This document shows, piece by piece, positions 47,776 to 59,900 of a stretch of DNA of 64,000 bases. The position numbers and the translations under genes are program-made. Each line of letters opens with the position of its first letter. The stretch's first letter is position 1. The stretch lies in contig NC_058368.1 in assembly GCF_018350175.1 (NCBI RefSeq), positions 195,426,001-195,490,000 of the forward strand, written 5' to 3'. The stretch comes from Felis catus. Its lineage: Eukaryota. Under the pieces are notes generated by a model. It did not search any database. It saw only the letters and a program-made list of their open reading frames with translations, and was not told the DNA's origin.

Positions 47776-50460
47776 AATGGAATATTACTCAGCCTTCAAA
47801 AAGAATGAAACCTTGCCACTTGCAACAACATGGATTGAGCTAAAGTGTATTATGCTAAGTGAAATAAGTCAGTCAGAGAAAGACAAATACCATATGACTT
47901 CACTTATATGTGGAATTTAGGAAACAGATGAATATGTGGGAAGGGGGGAAAAAGAGAGAGGGAAGCAAACCATGAGAGACTCTTAATGATAGAGAACAAA
48001 CTGAGAGTTGATGGAGGGAGGTGGGTGGGGAACGTGCTAAGTGGGTGGTGGGCATTAAGGAGGGATCTTGTTATATAACGAGCGCTGGGTGTTATGTGTA
48101 AGTGATGAATCACTAAATTCTATTCCTGAACCGATATTACACTATATGTGAACTAACTAGAATGTAAATAAAATAATAAAAATAAAAACTTGGAGGAAAC
48201 AAAAGAAATCATCTCTTACACCAAGACCACACACACAAAAAAAATCCAGGGTTGGTTTAACATTTGAAATCAGTGTAATTCACCATTATTAACAAACTAG
48301 AAAAGAAAAAATAAATGATCATCTCAATGGACACGGAAAGGCATTTGGTGAAATCCAACATCTATCCTTAATCTAAAACTCCCGGCAACTAGGAATACAA
48401 GGGGATTTCACAACCAGTAAAAAGTATCTATGAAAACCTACAGCTAATGTCATACTTGACGGAAAAAACTGAATACTTTCCCTGTAAGATCAGAAGCAAA
48501 TCAGAGACTTCTATTCAATATTGTGCCAGATATCCAGACAATGAAATTAGGCAAGAAGAAGAAGTAAACAGCATCCAGATTGGAAAGGAAGAAATAACTG
48601 TTTTTATGAAGATGGCATAATACCAACACAGAAAATCCAATGGAATCTGCAAAAATGCTACTACTAATTGGTTTACAAAGCTTCAGGATACAAGGTCAAT
48701 ATACAAAATCCAATTGTATTTCTCTATACTAGCTGCAAACAATCAGAAGTTGCACTTACAATTGCATCAAAAATATGCAGTAATTGGGGGTAACTCTCAT
48801 GGCAGATATGAAACACCTGTTAAAAACTATAATATATAATCTTCATAAAGACTAATATATTGCTAAAAGAAATTAACACCTAAATAAGTGGAGAAATACA
48901 CCTTGTTCATGACTCAGAAGACTCTGGGGTTCAGATATCAATTCTCACCAAAGTCAGCAGGCTTTTGTGTGTGTGTGTGTGTATAAGTTGATCAGCTGAT
49001 CCTAAAATTCATTTGAAAATGTAAAGGACCTAGAATAGCCAAAATATCTTTTAAGAAGAACAAAGTTGGTGTGCTAATGTTGTCTGATTTCAAGAATTAT
49101 AACAAAGATAGGGGCTGGGTGGCTTGGTCGCTTAAGTGTCCGACTTCAGCTCAGGTTATGATCTCACGGTTCATGAGTTCGAGCCCCACATCGGGCTGTC
49201 TGCTGTTGGTGCAGAACCCACTTCAGATCCTCTGTCTCCCTCTCTCTGCCCCTCCCACACTCTCGCACCCGCACATTCTCTCCCTCTCTCTCAAAAATAA
49301 ATATTTTTAAAAAAAGAAAACGGATGAACATAAGGGAAGGGAAGGAAAAATATGATAAAAGCAGAGAGGAAGGCAACCCATATGAGACTCTTTTTTTTTT
49401 TTTAATTTTTTTTTTCAACGTTTATTTATTTTTGGGACAGAGAGAGACAGAGCATGAACGGGGAGGGGCAGAGAGAGAGGGAGACACAGAATCGGAAACA
49501 GGCTCCAGGCTCCGAGCCATCAGCCCAGAGCCTGACGCGGGGCTCGAACTCACGGACCGCGAGATCGTGACCTGGCTGAAGTCGGACGCTTAACCGACTG
49601 CGCCACCCAGGCGCCCCGTGACTCTTAAATACAGAGAACAAACAGGGTTGTTGGAGGGGAGGTGAGTGGGGGGGGGGAGGGCTAAATGGGTGATGGGCAT
49701 TTAAAAGGGCACTTGCAGGGATGGGCACCTGATGTCATATGTAAGGATGAAGCACTGGGTTATACTCCTGAAACCAACACTACACAGTATGTTAACTAAC
49801 TTGACTTTAAATAAATTAATTTAAAAAAACAACACTCATATCCAGAATACATGAAGAACTCTCAAAGCCTAGCGGTAAGAAAACAACTTCATCTTTTTAA
49901 ATAGGCAAAGGTTTGAACAGACCCGTTACCAAAGAAGATATATGGATGGTAAATAAACATATGAAAATAATGTTCAACATCAGTCGTAATTAGGGAAATC
50001 CAAATAAAAACCATAATGAGATACCACTATGTATTTGTTAGAAAGGCTGACCCTATTAAAAGACCGACCATAGTGGTGTTGGCAAGGATATGGAGGAACT
50101 GGAACTCCCCTAAAAGAAAAGGAAGCATATAGCTATAAAACGACTTGTACAAGCTACATGTTCTTGTACAAGCTACGATAAAGCTACATGTTCATGGTAG
50201 CTTTATCGTAGTTGAAAATGCCACCTGCTCTGTAGGGACAGAAAGCATATCTAGTTGCTTAAAGGGGAAAGGGGAGGCAGAATGAGCAGCAAGTATTACA
50301 AAAGGGCATGAGGAAACTCTTCGAAGTGATGGATAATGTGTTCCCAATTTTGGGAAGATGGTTTCCCAATTCTGTGTGTCTATTTCAAAACTTACCAAGT
50401 ATAGTCTCTAAGGTACACGCAGTTTAATGGTTATCAACTATACCTCAATACAGCTGTTAA
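47776..50460 (+). mobile_element. Nested LINE-1 cluster: carnivore L1 3' end (47776-48190), old L1 ORF2/3' remnants (about 48200-49095 and 49830-50460), CanSINE (49100-49315), second carnivore L1 3' end (about 49320-49830) containing an antisense young SINE (49391-49617)
   Basis: aatggaatattactcagcc...agacaaataccatatga; atgatcatctcaat; cctagaatagccaaa; ctcctgaaaccaacactacac...gttaactaac. Confidence 0.8.
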
Positions 50461-50697
50461 AAATAAAATGTGAAGCATGATTCCATTTTGGCTCTTTTTA
50501 AAAAAGAAATCATATGCATATAGTCAAGGAATTTTGAAGGGTATGCAGAACACAAAACATTTTGGGAATTTTCACCAAGTCAATTGACTTAAGAGTGAAA
50601 TTTTTTGCTTTTCTTTTCTTTTCTTCTTTCTTCTTTCTTTCTTTCTTTTGTTTTCTTACCTCTGTTATTGCATTTTTAACAGTGATGTATTGATTTT

Positions 50698-50913
50698 GGG
50701 GCGCCTGGGTGGCTCAGTTGGTTAGGCAACCAACTTCGGCTCAGGTCATGATCTCGCAGTTTGTGAGTTCAAGCCCCACGTCGGGCTCTGTGCTGACAGC
50801 TCAGAGCCTGGAGCCTGCTTCGGATTCTGTGTCTCCCCTTCTCTCTGCCCCTCCCCTGCTCACGCTCTGTGTCTCTCTGTCTCTCAATAATAAATAAACG
50901 TTAAAAAAAAAAA
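50698..50913 (+). mobile_element. CanSINE
   Basis: TSD aacagtgatgtattgatttt. Confidence 0.92.
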
Positions 50914-52236
50914 ACAGTGATGTATTGATTTTATAACTAAAGCAACTTCATGTGAGGGGAAAATGTAACGATGATTTGTGTCACTCTAATGGAAACACCA
51001 TTTTTAAGAAACATTTTATTGTGAGCTGTAGCAGTATATATGGAAAAGTATATAAAGCATAAGTCTATAGTGTAATGAACATGTATAGGTAACGTCACTT
51101 CTCAAAGCCACCCTCTATTACGTGATTGATGCTATGGAATCCCAGGAATCCCAGCTGGAGTTAGAGCCCTCATCCTCAGTGAATCATTATTTTTTTACCA
51201 ACGGTCCAATGTCAAGCAACGACCTCTTGGAGGAGATGTGAAGTAGCTATGAAAGAGAGGGAGGTGGAGAGGAACATCCCATCACTAAATAAGAAAGCTA
51301 TAGCCAATAATAAAATCGTTGCTCTTTTGGGACCCAGACCATGCATGAGTGTGGAGAAGGTGAGGCTTTGGGGAATATATGGAAACCTTCGCATAGAATA
51401 TAGAAGAATAAAATGCAGGTAAGACCGTGGTTTATGATTTCGGGGTGGGGAAGGGGATGGTCATACACCTTGTTGAGATTTTAATGGAAGCTACGGACCC
51501 TCCATAAAATTCACATAGGCGCATACATGCTAAATTTTACATGCAATTTCAGAGACAGTCACAAAGCCCATGACGTTAATAGACCCTGTGTTGCAAAATA
51601 CCTCTGGAAAAAGGAATGTAAGATTTTCTGCTTCTCAGAGCATTGAACAACCTACATACAGACGGTTAGGTAGCCAACCTAATTGGCAGAGGCTTGAATG
51701 CAAAACAGAGTGCTGCAAAATCAGATTAGGGAAGTAAACTACCAGACGAGGAACCCCAGGCCACCACGTGACTCATACAACACACACTTTCTGATGGCAA
51801 CTGGCACTCTGAGATCACAGGACCCAAACTGGTCATTCCAGTTGCCACAACGTAGGCTGAATTCTCCACTGCCATATGCCTTGGACCTGGTTATTGGCTG
51901 GAGGGGGGATTCCTGTCCCCCAGGACCCTCACAAATATTTCCCATTGCAGTTCTCTGCTGGACAAATATGATCAATCTTAAAATGATGGAGCTGGACTAT
52001 GATTGGGGTGTAGAGTGGAAAGATATGCAACATCATTTTAAAGAGAGGCTTAATTTGGATCTTCAGCAAGCCCATTGAAAGAAGGAACTGGGATTGCTAC
52101 ATAGAGCCCAAGCTGAGATTGCTAAGCAGTACAAGTCCCCCCTGGGCGAGTGTGGAGGCAGCAGCAGAAGTCACCCGTGTGAAGCTGAGGCATTCAGAGT
52201 TGGCTCCAAGTGAACATTAGTGACATAAGTGCAATG

Positions 52237-52444
52237 GTTTTCTTTTTTATTTATTTTGAGAGAGAGAGAGAGTGCACACGCACAAGCGGGGGACAGGCAG
52301 AGAGAGGGACAGAGAGAGAATCCCAAGCAAGCTCTGCACAGTCAGTGCAGAGCCCGAAGCAGGGCTCAAACCCACGAACCTCGAGATCATGACCTGAGCC
52401 AAAATCAGGAGTCAGAAGGCTGACTGAGCCACCCAGGTGCCCCA
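52237..52444 (-). mobile_element. CanSINE
   Basis: TSD agtgcaatggttt. Confidence 0.9.
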
Positions 52445-53319
52445 GTGCAATGGTTTATAAGCCACAGTGCCCCCTTGGAAATGACACTAAAAGGCAAATT
52501 CCTAAGGTTGGACAAGATTTGCTATTGGCAAACAATGTCCGGGCTGATCCAGCCGACACAGGAGCCTGCCCCTCAAGCAATTTCCTGAGTTTAAAGATCA
52601 AAGAAAAGTGGGTGGGGGCAGAACTTTTACCTGGTACGCCAATACCACTTGAAAGTGAAATAGAGATGATAGGACTCTCGAAAGGGAAAATCTTCAGGAC
52701 GACTCGAACTTAGGAAGCCAGACTTAAAGTTCAGGGGTAAGCCACCAGACACAGAAGCTCAGGCACCATGTGACGAGTATAACACACTCTCTGATTGCAA
52801 CCAGCACCCTGAGATCACTGACCGGACCCAAGTGGTCATTCTAGTTGCAACAACATAGGATAAATTCTCTGCTGTCTGTGCTTCTTTGGCAAAATCTGGG
52901 ACCTGGCAATTGAGACCCAACTGGACCCAGTTGCAAGGCCCCAGGTGATGGGAATCCTCCCCACCCTCCCCCACCCTCATCCCCACCCACTCCAGCTTCA
53001 TCTTGCACCTGTAGCAAATTTTCCTTCCAGTCTTAATGGTCCTTGTCCATCTCCCTAAAAGCACCATGGTCCCCCTTTGCTGCAGAGGTTCCATATATGC
53101 TGTTCCTCTCTTTACCTACTTAATTCCTCATTTTTCAGATGTCAGCTATCACTTCCCCCACGAAAACCCTCTCTGACTTCAGGCACCGACCCAGATTCTG
53201 CAGTCTCCCTTAACCTCTATTTTGGAACACATCACATATTTGCATAAATGTTTGTCTCCCTTCCTGGACTGAAGTTCCACGAGCTACTTCTCAAAAATGG
53301 AAACTTCAGCAATATATTT

Positions 53320-54870
53320 TTACAAATTTTTATCTTGAAAAAGACTTTAAGGTGGCAAAAACAGTACAGAGTTCCCAATATACCTTGCACCTAGCTTTCA
53401 CTGATGTTAACTTCTTCCATAACCCCAGTGCAATGACCAAAGCCAAGTCATTTACAGTGGTGAAATTCTGAACTCCACTCATCTCGTGGTTGATTTTCAT
53501 CATGCTCTGGCTATGAGGAACATTATTATGGTTCTAAGAGCCACAGTTACACAAAAAGATATAGTCAGAACTGTCCCACCCCCTTCATCCTTTACACCCT
53601 ACCGTTTCCCCTTCTTGTCACAATATTCCTACCTACCCCCTGTACATAACTAATCTCTTTAGTTTCTGGCTTATCTTATTTTCTACAAATGAGCAAATGC
53701 ATTTGTATTTATTTATACCCAACCCTTCTTTCTTACATGAGAAGTAGCACATTACACTTCTCTGTACTGTGCCTTTGCACTTAACGATATATCCTGGAAA
53801 TAACTCAAAATGGATTCAAAGATCTTCCTCCTTCTTTTCTATAGCAAATGGTACTCGGTGTGGACATGCTATGTTCAGTCACTTTCTCATAGACATTTGC
53901 ATTTCCAAGATTTGCAGTCACAACGCTGCAGTGAATCATCTCATGCAGGTGTATTTTCGTCTTGTTGGAGATGTATCTTAAGAGGAAATTCCCAGTGCTG
54001 GAATGTTGGGTCAAAGAGCGAGCACTTTTTTTTAAGTTTGTTCATTGACTTTTGAGAGAGGCAGCAGGGGAGGGGCAGAGAGAGTGGGCAGGATCTAAAG
54101 CAGGCTGTGTGCTGACAGCTTAGAGCCCGATGCCGGGCTTGAACGCAGGAACCATGAGACCATGACCTGAGCCGAAGTCAGATGCTTCACCGACTGAGTC
54201 ACCCAGGCGCCCCAAGAGTGGCGCTTTTGAAGTTTAGTTAGGTTGTCAAGGGTCATACTACTTTGCACTCCCACCAACTGTGAAGGGCCTGTTGCCCTAT
54301 AGTTTTCCCAGAAGTGTGGTTGTACTTGTGTTTTCATCAGCCTGAAAAGTGATTCTTTCAGTATTGGTTTGATTTACATTTCTCTCATCATGGGTAAGTT
54401 TGCACATTTTTCATGCACAATTTTTACATGGGCCATTTTTACATCTTAGTGTATGTGAGATAGAGAGAGAAGAGTTGTTTATTTAGGTCTTTTCTCAATT
54501 TTTTCTATCAGGTTTTTAGTCCTTTAAATGTTTAATTCTTTATATAGTAGAAATATCAGCCCTTTGTCCATGTGTGCTATAAATATTTTCTTCCAGTCTT
54601 TTGACTTTATGGTATTTCTTGCTGAGGGAATTTTCTAGGTCTATGTAGTCACATGTATCCATCTTTTACCATCTCTGGAGTTTTCACCTGTTTTTAGTAC
54701 AGGTATGGTTTCATCTTCTGACTTTTAGACCCTGGATCCCTTTGGAGTTTATTCTGCATACAGTGTGAAGTGTGAATCTAATTTCAACTTTTTCCAAGTG
54801 GCTTCCCAGTCGGCACAGCACCATTTCTTAAAAATTCTCTCTTGCCTATGATTTGAGATTTCTTGCCTCC
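53320..54870 (-). mobile_element. Old L1 (L1M) fragments with a CanSINE at 54026-54213 (-)
   Basis: Antisense L1 3' text (tttgcactcccaccaac, taaatattttcttccagtc, cacagcaccattt); boundaries approximate. Confidence 0.65.
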
Positions 54871-55278
54871 TCCCGAGAACTAGGGGAGCATTTGACCCAA
54901 GAGCCTGGCATGAAATGGAAACATTAACCAAGCTCACGAGACTCCATTCTGAGATCTGAACTAAAGAACGACTGTGAGAACAAGACCAACAAAGGCCAAA
55001 AAAGGCCAACAAGGGAAAAGGCTGGAGAGGTCGAGTGACAGGAAAGCAAAAAAGCAAACCAAGGAAAGTTGGATGGTGATGACGCAGAACGAAGCAGAGA
55101 TACCAAGCAGCTCAAGAGGCAGAAACAGCAGAGACGGTCCCCGGGATCGCCTGGGCTCCGTGACAAACCTCCCTGGCAGGAACAGCTCACCACAGACAAG
55201 CTCCTAAAATGCCGAGATGTGCTCCATGGACAAATACATGGCCAAGACAAACGAGGAATTGTCAGCAAGTTAAAAAGG

Positions 55279-55284
55279 TTTATT
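55279..55284 (-). terminator. Probable GM2A polyadenylation signal (AATAAA), implying a 3' UTR of about 1.5 kb
   Basis: AATAAA on the minus strand followed by a GT/T-rich downstream element (cgtttgtcttggccatgtatttgt). Confidence 0.6.
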
Positions 55285-55673
55285 GCCATTCCGGGCTTCA
55301 AATGAGCCCAGAAACTGGGGGTGATCTGTGGGTCAGTAAGTTGTCATGGAGGACGGGACGATGGACGAATCCAGGCACCTGATGTGAGGCCACTGTTCTT
55401 CGCTGGATCCTTGCTCTACAGAGCAGCTGCCGGTGGGTTCCAGCTCTTTCAGTGTCTGCCCCACTCACCCTGACAGCGCTCCAGGCTGGGGCAGGCTGCC
55501 TCACGATCCCCGCGGCTCACAGCTCGGAGAGGCTGCGTCCCCGTCCCTTAGCGCTGGAAGAGGCTGCTCCGTGGTTCAGACACTATCGGTTTGTACGTAT
55601 GGAGGGAGGGAGAGACGGTATAGGACGAGCGGTCTCAAGACTGAAAGGGCAGGGGGAATGCAGGTTTGTACAT

Positions 55674-56130
55674 CAGAGGTCACAAACTGGCCATCCGGGG
55701 CCAGATTTCCCCACTGACAAGTCTGTTTGGCCCTTTTGGCGTGCACAGTGTCTTAAAAAATAATTAGTTACCAATATTTAAAAACTCTAAGATTTCATAT
55801 AAAAGTCTGGATTTCTGGCCTCGCCGGGGGGGTTGGGGGGGGGGGGTGGAATTGAGAATATTTGGCAATACTGGGCCCACAACATTCTCTGGTGACACCA
55901 AGTGGCCATAGTTCCATAGCAGCTGCCCCTAAGGGCTGAATGCACTCTTTCTGACTCATCCCAGGCCCCATCATCCCTGATAATATCCCAGCTCAAGACT
56001 GGACATCAGCTGCCTTGTAACAATGCATATGTGCTGCTGTAAAAAGGGAAAAAAACATGCTGGAAGCAATATGTTCCTGGTGGTCCTGGTCGCTTGTGCT
56101 TGGCCCTGTAGGCACCTGAGTTTGTAACCT
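55674..56130 (+). mobile_element. hAT-Charlie (MER113/MER102-like) remnant within the GM2A 3' UTR
   Basis: cagaggtcacaaactggcc...ggccctgtaggcacctgagtttgtaacc termini; related fragments at about 8490-8660 and 12360-12600. Confidence 0.6.
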
Positions 56131-56773
56131 ATCTTAAATACATAGGAGCATTCTTAAATACCTCTCCCAGTGAAGCCCTCTGCTACATGCCCTGCCTCTC
56201 CAGGATACGCTATGTCCCACCGTTCACTGAGTAAATCTAGAAAAGAATACTGAATTAATCATAGGAGTTAATGGAGGAACAGACCGAGATGAACTACTGC
56301 AGCCCCTTCATTGTAAGAGGGGATTAGAGTAAAACACCAACTGTTAATACTCTCATTCTGTTTTGGAGTCAGTGACAAAAAAAAAAAAAATTAAAATCAC
56401 GAAGGTACTTCAGGAAACCAAGATGGGGTCAGTCTGAGCTTGAGGGTACAAAATATATTGGTCCCATTCCTTGACTGTTTAGAAACAGAGTTAAGCTCTT
56501 AGAAAGCCACAGGGTTGAGGAGGGAAATGGAGCGGCCAGCATGGCAGGTGCCGTGGGCTATCAAGCACTTCCCAGCTCCTCCCTAGGTTGGGGCTGCCTG
56601 GCCGCGTCTAAAATGTCGGTGGCACAGAATGATTTTCAGCAAGGGTAGTGGCGTCGTTGCAGAAATGGGTTTGAAGGGGGACAGAGAGTCAGACTTGGAC
56701 CTTGGCAAATGCAAGACAGAAGAAGAGGGCCATCTTCCTCACACCCCTTCATTCTGCTGTGGCTGGTGCCACA

Positions 56774-56929
56774 TTATTTGCCCTTCAGAGAGGCAGAGAT
56801 CTTGACACAGCCCAGACGCTCCCCACCGCTGCTGAGGACCGTCTTGATGCGGTAGTGCCCAGAGCTAAGCCAGCCGGGCACCTCCAGCTGGGGCAGGGTG
56901 AAATCACTCTCCGGCAGTGAGTAGACGCC
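56774..56929 (-). CDS. GM2A: GM2A exon 4, coding part, stop TAA
   Basis: ttttcctgcag|GGCGTC; encodes [51 protein letters not shown]. Confidence 0.96.
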   Translation of the reverse strand, partial: GVYSLPESDFTLPQLEVPGWLSSGHYRIKTVLSSGGERLGCVKISASLKGK

Positions 56930-59900
56930 CTGCAGGAAAACCCAGGGGTCACAGGTCAGTGGCAGCCTCCTGATGGGACTCTCCTGCAGTTGTCTGTCGG
57001 ACTGCAGCCACGAACCTGCTCCTCCTCCCACTCTCCCGACAAGCACGCGAGATTAGAGATCGCCATAGCCCTGCAGAGCACGGAGTGTGATCCCTAAAGG
57101 GCAGGGGAGGGCACACTGCAGTGCAAGTCTCCCGGTTTGAACACAGGTGGATAAACCAAGGCTCCCAGAAGATAAGCGGTTTGGGATAGATCGCACCCAC
57201 TTACATCCACAGACATCTAGGTCTGCAGGAGGAGAAGGCAAGAACCCTTCTCTCCAGACCCCATGTCTTTACTCCAGCCCCAGAAATGATGCTCTCCCTC
57301 CCTGAGTACGTACCGCTTTGAAGGGACAGTGGCAGGGAAGCCCATAGGTGTGCAGGGGCTCTGGGCAGGGCTCTCCAGGGGGAATTACAGTGTCAATTAT
57401 TTGGCAGAAGTCTTCATAGGTACAGCTGCCAATTTGTTCCACACATGGGACTTTGGCCCAGAAGCCAGCCACTTCTTTTTCCACAGTTAGCTCCACCTGG
57501 CGAGACAGAGTTTGAAAAAGCATAAATCCCAAGGCAAACATACCAGCTCCTCTACATCTTTGAAAGGTCAGCATTTCATTTTAATCACAGAATCTCTAAC
57601 TAGCTGGGGTCTTGGAGATATTCAGATTCAGAAATGACAATACTGCAGCACATGTTCCATTGCTAACCTTTTCCTGTGCCTGAGGCAGATATTAATAATT
57701 GCTGTGATTTTTTTTCCCCCCTGTTGACTGAACCACCGTCTTAGGTTTCTTTAGATAGTCATTTCCACTGGTTAAAGCTAACACTCGAGTTGAAATGCAT
57801 TCGTCCTTGAACTGCTAACTGGCTAATTGGCATTGCTTCCTCGATCTCCCTTCTCGGCCCAACCCTGGCTTTACAACCCTCCTCTGTGGAGAACTTCAGG
57901 CGGTACCACCAGCCGATCGGAGCTGGTGACCAACATGAAACCGATTTGCTATTCGTGGATCAAACTTTCTCTGTCGAGCCATAAAGGACAGAATTTGAAA
58001 CAAGAGGAATTCATAGGGAGATCACTTTGGGATTGATGTAAGGAAGATCTTCTTACCAACCACAGCTAGGGTGCAACAGACAGAACTACCACGAGAAGTG
58101 GCGGGCTCCCTGGACCCAGCCACGGAAGGACCCCTGAGCCCAGAGAGAAGCTAGATGAGAGGATCTGTGATGCGTGTCACACCTCCACGCCATCATGAGT
58201 GAACTCCTGTTCTAGAGCTTGCGGCTGACCCAGAAGTGGCCAGACCTCCAGGTGGACATGCCAGCTCAGCCTGGTCCATGCTAAACATTCACTAAGTGAG
58301 TAGTCTCTCTGGACCATGTTCGTGCCCCACCAAATGTATCAAGGGAAAACAGAAAAGGGCTGAAGGAAGCGAGCTCATTCAAGCATCTGATTCCGTATGG
58401 GCAGGAAACTACAACTTTAGGATCCCTTTCAAGCTCTGACATTCTAGCATTCTATGTTCCTCAGCCTCAAGGCTTGCTTGATTTAGGGCTTTTGTTTCTA
58501 ATAGACAAACCCCGGTGGGCACTTATTCCCCCAGAGCCTGCTGGGTTTTTTAGGCTGGCTCCCCAGGCTGTCAGCTATCCAACTGCCCCAGAGGTCAGGA
58601 CCCAGGCCCAGGCCTAAGGGAGACGTCAATATAGCCTATGGACAAACTCAAACTACTTCTCTGGCTGACCTCAGGCCGCTCTGCTGACACACACATTATC
58701 CCACATGGTCCCCTCCCGGCCTTCTTTTCTGCTCTCCTGCCAAACCTGCCCCAGCCCCTTTGCACTGAAAGAGTATTTGGAAAGCTACTCCAGCCACGTC
58801 CTGGTGTTGTGCCCTGGTGGGGAGTTACTGCTCATTTCCTCCTTTCCCTTACCGGCAAAAGCAGGGAATTTTAGAGTGCCTAGCTTTCTCACACCACCCC
58901 ACCACAGAGTGAGACAATGGCTGTAAATCACTTAGTGGTGGTGCCTGAAATCCAGACGTTAACTCCTGCATGACAACCTGTCCCACCTTCTCTCTTAGCC
59001 AGTACCATCTCCCCAGCCCTTGCTTCACCAACACCCCAATGAAAATGGTTGAGCCAGACATGCCCTGAACAAGATGAGGGGGCCAGCGGGGGCCAAGTCC
59101 TACCTGGGGTGTTCCCCGCAGGCTGGGAGGCTGTGGGGCTGTACCGCCAGAAGGCACCGTGCCTCCCCCAGCCAGGACAAGCTCCGTTCCCCCAGAAGGC
59201 AACAGGAGCTTTTGAGGCAGCAGCCATGCCTACCATTTGGGGATTGCTCATGGCTCATTTCCCAATCCTTGTTCTCAACCTACTTGCTCCTCTGGCTCAG
59301 GAAAGCAAGCAAGGCTGGGCCCTAAGTCCAGCCGTCTCTCCAGTCCAAGACTTCCTTGGCAGTTAGGTAGCTCAGATAGATTACCTTAATAAACTTGTGG
59401 TCATGGGACCTGTCCTGAAAACAAGACAGACAGAGGCACTGACAGGTAAGCGAGGCAGGATCCCTGCGCCTGCTGAGGCCCGTGGGCAGGTCCCTTCCCC
59501 ATCAGGCGTCCACGCCTCCAACTTAACAATGGAATATTTGCATCTCATGATCTCAAAGACACCTACCAGTTCTGACATCCTGAGCATAAAAATTTCTTAC
59601 AGGTTGAAAAGAAATTATTTCTTTTGGTTTCCACCAAAGGGACAGACACACAAAGGCTCTAGATCTAGACACTCTGATAGCAACTGAAAGGGAGCCAACT
59701 GAAAGGGAGGCAGTTATAGAGGCCTCAGGCAGGGGCACTGCAGGTACAAGACTTTAGTGGGCGGGGAGGGGGGCCGGTGGGGGGGGGGGGGGGAGTCCAC
59801 ACCATCCGGACTGAAAGCCATATGTCTCAAAGCCCAAAATAAGCACATATGCCAAACGAAGCAGCAATTTATGATTCCTGAGGATAGGAAAGCTAGGGTC

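Noticed and set aside
51698..52180. 126-aa ORF with a coding-looking tail (LDYDWGVEWKDMQHHFKERLNLDLQQAH*KKELGLLHRAQAEIAKQYK)
   Set aside because: No family recognised and it has an internal stop. It cannot be supported without TBLASTX, although a decayed exon is not excluded.
54924..55763. Overlapping ORFs near the GM2A 3' end
   Set aside because: They lie in or just beyond the GM2A 3' UTR with no recognisable homology or splice structure.
58849..59687. Cluster of GC-rich ORFs in GM2A intron 2
   Set aside because: Expected by chance in GC-rich intronic DNA; no homology recognised.
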